Below are positions 59,401-64,000 of a DNA stretch of 64,000 nt, piece by piece; the stretch's first letter is position 1; each line of letters starts with the position of its first letter. The stretch comes from Octopus sinensis. Its lineage: Eukaryota. The stretch is taken from positions 23,572,464 to 23,636,463 of the forward strand of contig NC_043011.1 in NCBI RefSeq assembly GCF_006345805.1, read 5' to 3'. The translations under genes and the position numbers were made by a program. Under the pieces are notes generated by a model that did no database searches, was not told where the DNA came from, and saw only the letters and a program-made list of their open reading frames with translations.

Positions 59401-62039
59401 CGCACTTCACAATTGGTACACATACCAAAGGTGTGGTTAAGAAGCTCACTTCAAAGCCAAGTAGTCTAAGATTTAGCTCCTCTGTGCAGTGCCTTAGCCA
59501 AATGTCATTTATTATTGCCTTAGGTTGACCAATACTGTGTGAGTGAAATGAAATAAAGACAAAAAATGCATAGAAACCATTGAATATGTACATGTGTGTG
59601 TGTATGAAAGATGTTGGCTTATCTACATTACTGGTCAACATAGTTCTTGTAACTTTGCTCTCTCAAAGTAGTGGAACAAAAAATGTTGGTGATAGAAAGA
59701 TCATCCAACTATAAAAATACTGTTTCAAATAAGTTCCTGGCCAACGTATTCTAGCACAGAAAAACAGACATTAAAACAAATAAGCATGAGCACAGTATTG
59801 ATTTCCAACATATTCCTTTTCTTAATAATGATGAACCAAGAAATTATCACAAGGATACTATATTGGATGAAAATTGCCTTTAAGCAAGACTGGTTACAGG
59901 GTTAAGAGACTTGCTTTGCAACCATATGGTTTCAGGTTCAGTCCCACTGCACAGCACCTCATGGTCAGCCTAGAGCTGACCAATGCCTTGTGAGTCAATT
60001 TGGTAGACAGAAACTACTTGATAGTGATAAGACGGAGAGCTGGCAGAAACGTTAGCAGGCTGGGCGAAATGCTTAGAGGTATTTCGTCTGCTGTTATGTT
60101 CTGAGTTCATCCTTTCGGTATTGATAAATTAAGTAACCAGTTATGCACTGGGGTCAATGTAATCGACTTAATCTCTTTGTCTGTCCTTGTTTGTCCCCTC
60201 TATGTTTAGCCCCTTGTGGGCAATAAAGAAATAAGAAACTACTTGATAGCCTGTTCTGAGAAAAAGAGACAGAGAGAGAGGGAGGGAGGGAGGGAGAGAG
60301 AGAGAGAGAAAGTTCTATGGCCAGATGCTTTCTTGATGGCAAATCCTTATTTACTTTCATGTAAGGCACTTTATTCACTAGTCTTTGTAGATTGAAGACA
60401 CCAAGATGCAGGGCATGTAGGATTTATGCAAAATATAAGCAAACATCGCTGCTGTCCAAGTGATGTCAACACGAAGTGTGCATGCACACACACGCGCATG
60501 CACACATGCACACACACACGCACACACACACACACATTCAACAGGCTGCCATACAGTTTCGGTCTATGAAATTACACTCACAAAGCATTGTTTAACCGAA
60601 GATTATAGCAAAAAACACATTTGCTCAAAGTGCCACACAGTAGAATCAAACACAAAACCAAGTGGTTTATGAAACAAACTTCTTAACCATACGGGTGTGT
60701 CTGCACCTCTAACATGTTAACTTTACAATTGTAACTAATATTGCATTAGTTATCTCAATGCAACAATTCAACTTGACTAACGCTAATAATATCAAGCAGC
60801 TCTAACATCATTCTGTTTATCGCAAGTCAGAATCAATTGTCAAAATAGAATGATAGAGATGATCTCAATAAAAAAAATAATAAAAGAACTTCTTTTTTTT
60901 TTTTTATTAAGAAATCAGGAAACAAACATAGCAGAGTTTCACTGCGATCATAAACAGATAAATTATTATATGATACATGATAGGAAGAATTTTAGCCTTT
61001 AACATTAACAAACAGTTGATCATTTTATTGTTGCTTTGCTTTACTTCAGCCAACAAATTGAGGCTATTAGTGTTGAGTTTATCAAACATCAATTCTAATA
61101 TAGCTAAAAACACTCAGTTAGATGATAGCACAGTCTGAGGCCAACTAATGGCAGAAATACCAATGAAGTGTATTTTGGTAAAAGGGTAGGGGTAGGCATT
61201 GGATATGGGGACATAAAAGTACAGCTGGTGATGGAGGAAAATGAGGAATTCTATCTGAAAAGAATACTAAACAACACGCTCAATGACATTTGACTAAAAC
61301 ATCAAAATGGAAGGTTGACAAATTAACAAGATTACAACAACAACAAAAAAATAAAGAAAAGAAATAGTTGTCAAAATAAACATCAGCTGATGGAGAGAAA
61401 TGCTTAACAAGAGAGCAAGAGAGAGGGAGATAGAGAGGGAGGATGTTATTAGCAAAGATAAAAAAGGGATCTTCAACTAATGAAGGAATTTATGAAGAGA
61501 ATTTTCGATCAATAATTTAAATAAATACAAGATGTTCCCTGCTCATGCTTACATTAACCTTCAGTGTATTTCTTATTGAACGTAGTCAGATCATTTTTAG
61601 ACCTGTGTACATCAAAACTTGCAAACACAATTCAAACTATAGAGGCAGGCTGATAAAGAAATTAATGTGACAGTCAAGGCTGACAGACAACAATCCTGCC
61701 TGCCTCAGTATGTCTGCCTGACTAACAGATTCCACTCCAAGTGAGAAGTTCAGCAATAGGAAGTGTGTGGGGGGGGGGGGGGATCAACTAATTAGTCTAA
61801 TAAGTGAAGAGCAAATGTCTGAATTTTCACAACCATCACAATCATGACAAAATTGGGGAAAATAGAAGCAAAACAATGTTTTTTTTTGTTTTGTTTTTTT
61901 ATTTTGTTTTAGCCAGCACATCCAAGGCCATGCTGGAGCACTGTAATCATAATATTTAAAAGAATTTTAACTTTCTGAAAATGATAGAAAAGATAAGCAA
62001 AAGAAGAGTATTGAGATGATGGACATGCAACTGAGAATT

Positions 62040-62520
62040 GCTGATGAGAGAAAAGAGAAAGAGACAAAAGATTGTGTAGGGAAGGGGGATGGGGAAAGAG
62101 GGAGGCAAAGAGACAAAGAGAGGAGAAGGGAGAGAAGAGAGAAGGGGAGAGAGATGGAGAAGATAAACAGATGGATGGAGAGGGAGGGAAGAACTGAGGA
62201 TGAAGGAAAGAGAGGGAAGAGGAGCAGAGAGGAAAGGGAGAGAGGCAGAGAGAGAAGGGAGAGGGACAGAGAAAGGGAAGATAGGCAGAGAGGGGAGAAA
62301 AGAAGCAGGGAGGGGAGGAGAGGCAAAGAGATAGGGGAGAGGGGGGAAAAGAGGCAAAGAGGGGGAAGATAGGGGAGAGGCAGAGAGGTAGGAAAGACAA
62401 GTGAAAATAGGGTGGAGAGAATTGGAGTTGGGGTGGAAAAGAAGAAGAGATGAGAGAAAACAGAGATGGAGAGAAGAGATGGAGAGTGGTGAAAAGGGTA
62501 AGGAGAGATAGTGAAAGTAA
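62040..62520. repeat. Purine-rich (G/A) low-complexity tract
   Basis: About 480 nt of degenerate GA/GGA/GAAA sequence; it explains the low-complexity ORFs at 61909-62527. Confidence 0.9.
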
Positions 62521-62999
62521 AACACACTGCTCAGTTTAACATCACCTCATCTTGGAGGTATTTAGCAAAGTTCGCTTTTTTTTTCTCTTTTTTTAAACCC
62601 TTAAACCCAAATCCCTCCCCCCACTTCCTTTTTTATTTCCAGCAGACACTGACCTACAGATATTCAATATGGGCATCAAGCCACATCAATATTGCTTGTC
62701 TGGAGAGCTAGTCATGGTTACTGCTCCTCCTCCTTCAAATACCTTATATAAAATACAGACAGAGAGACAGAGATGAAAGGGAAAATAATGAATATGAGAG
62801 AATAATGAGAGGATAAAACAAGAGTAAGAAGAGAATGAAAATGAAGAAAGAGAGGCTAAGAAAGCAAGAAAGATAATCAAGTCAGATGTATTGTTTGTCA
62901 GTTACTCTCCAACAGTTTTTCCATCATCCACCATCATCAACCAGATTGAAATTTTTTTTAAATGTGATGGTGTGAATGTGAAGAGAAAATCTGAAGCAG

Positions 63000-63380
63000 T
63001 GAGTCCACAACTGTAACCTACACCAGTGTCGCATAACCAGCCCACTCAAAAGTACTTTGGATCATAGGGTGACATGCCGTGCTTGCAGAGACCTATTGAG
63101 TCAAGTACAGCAACAGCAATATCAAAATCAAATCAAATGGAAATTGTAGTTGTGACCCCGTGATGGTAGCATGTAAAAAGCACAATCCGAACGTGGCCGA
63201 TGCTAGTGCCTCTGTAATTGGCTTCTGTGCCAGCGGCATGTAAAAAGCATCATCCAATTGTGGTCAATGCCACCCTTTCTGGGCCCCTGTGCCGGTGGCA
63301 CGTAAAAAGCACCCACTACACTCTTGGAGTGCTTGACGTTAAGAAGGGCGCCCAGTTGTAGAAACACTTCCAGATCAGAT
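63000..63380 (+). mobile_element. RTE-type 3' UTR fragment with triple internal motif
   Basis: Three copies of a GCAYGTAAAAAGCA motif, then cccactacactc...agaagggcgcccagttgtagaaacact, complementary to the 56673-56945 copy. Confidence 0.65.
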
Positions 63381-64000
63381 CATTAAGAATTGTATAGAAA
63401 AAAGTTAAAATATTTTGTGCATTGTGGATAACCAATTAGTTGCAGATAAACTTTAACAACAAAACCTTATTGAGAAATACTGGCCAAGAGGAAGAAATAA
63501 ATCCTACAATTACAGTATTTGGCAGACAAGAAAGGATCAACAGTCAGGGAGTGAGGAAATTTCTAGAAGGAATTGATATAGAAAGGGTGGGAGTAAGAAT
63601 ACAGAGATGATATCAAGTTGATCCATGCAAACTGAGATAACACTTCCTTTCATCATACCCTAAAAGTTAACTGTAGTTGGCTAGATATAAAGTAATGTCT
63701 GTTTTATTCATGTTCACTTCCTTCTGATAACAATAAGCACTGTAAATAAAAATTAAAGTTAAAACTAGTTTTAAAAGCATCTGAAAAACAGAAACCAACA
63801 GAATGTGATTATCTTAGATCTGTCATTCCATACTGGAAATTAACTTGTGTTTTATGTTTAGTGAAGCAAACTAAAGCAAGCTCAAAAACAATGGCCAACT
63901 TTTTACTTGGTGAAATATTAGAAATCAATTAATTATACTTACATCTAGAGGCATTGGTTTCTGTTTATCAGCTTTTTTCATGCCTGTGGAGAGAAAATGA

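Noticed and set aside
61909-62527. Four overlapping long ORFs (118-189 aa)
   Set aside because: They are translations of a GA/CT low-complexity tract, which lacks stops for compositional reasons.

Overview
Eukaryotic, AT-rich, repeat-dense genomic DNA. The SINE families, RTE-type LINE tails and microsatellite load look like an octopod cephalopod, but that is recognition from memory, not a database result. The window is essentially the interior of one gene on the minus strand, a type I phosphatidylinositol-4-phosphate 5-kinase (PIP5K1). I could assemble 11 phase-consistent coding exons between 51108 and 4756 (1326 nt, 442 codons) carrying KIGHRRV, GASGS, FIIK, DLKGS, MDYSL, LIDIL and the KKLEH activation loop. 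The start exon was not found, and the expected DTVSVHRP exon is not in 1-4755, so the gene probably continues past the left edge. The introns (0.3-18.6 kb) hold decayed mariner, maT-like and hAT transposons, several MITEs with recognisable TIRs and TSDs, RTE LINE fragments, at least four SINE families and many microsatellites. The most interesting points are in splicing: a probable GC-AG intron competing with an in-frame GT donor that would add a hydrophobic 27-aa peptide, a candidate in-frame exon inside the activation loop, and a candidate poison exon whose donor is buried in a perfect 11-bp hairpin. Also notable are a complete 3.16-kb hAT element with a perfect 8-bp TSD, modular SINEs and a Helentron/HINE-like element. 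I found no convincing wholly new biological system; the novel-looking items are hypotheses that need RNA-seq or comparative data. Exon, TIR and TSD coordinates were counted by hand; SINE and LINE boundaries are approximate.
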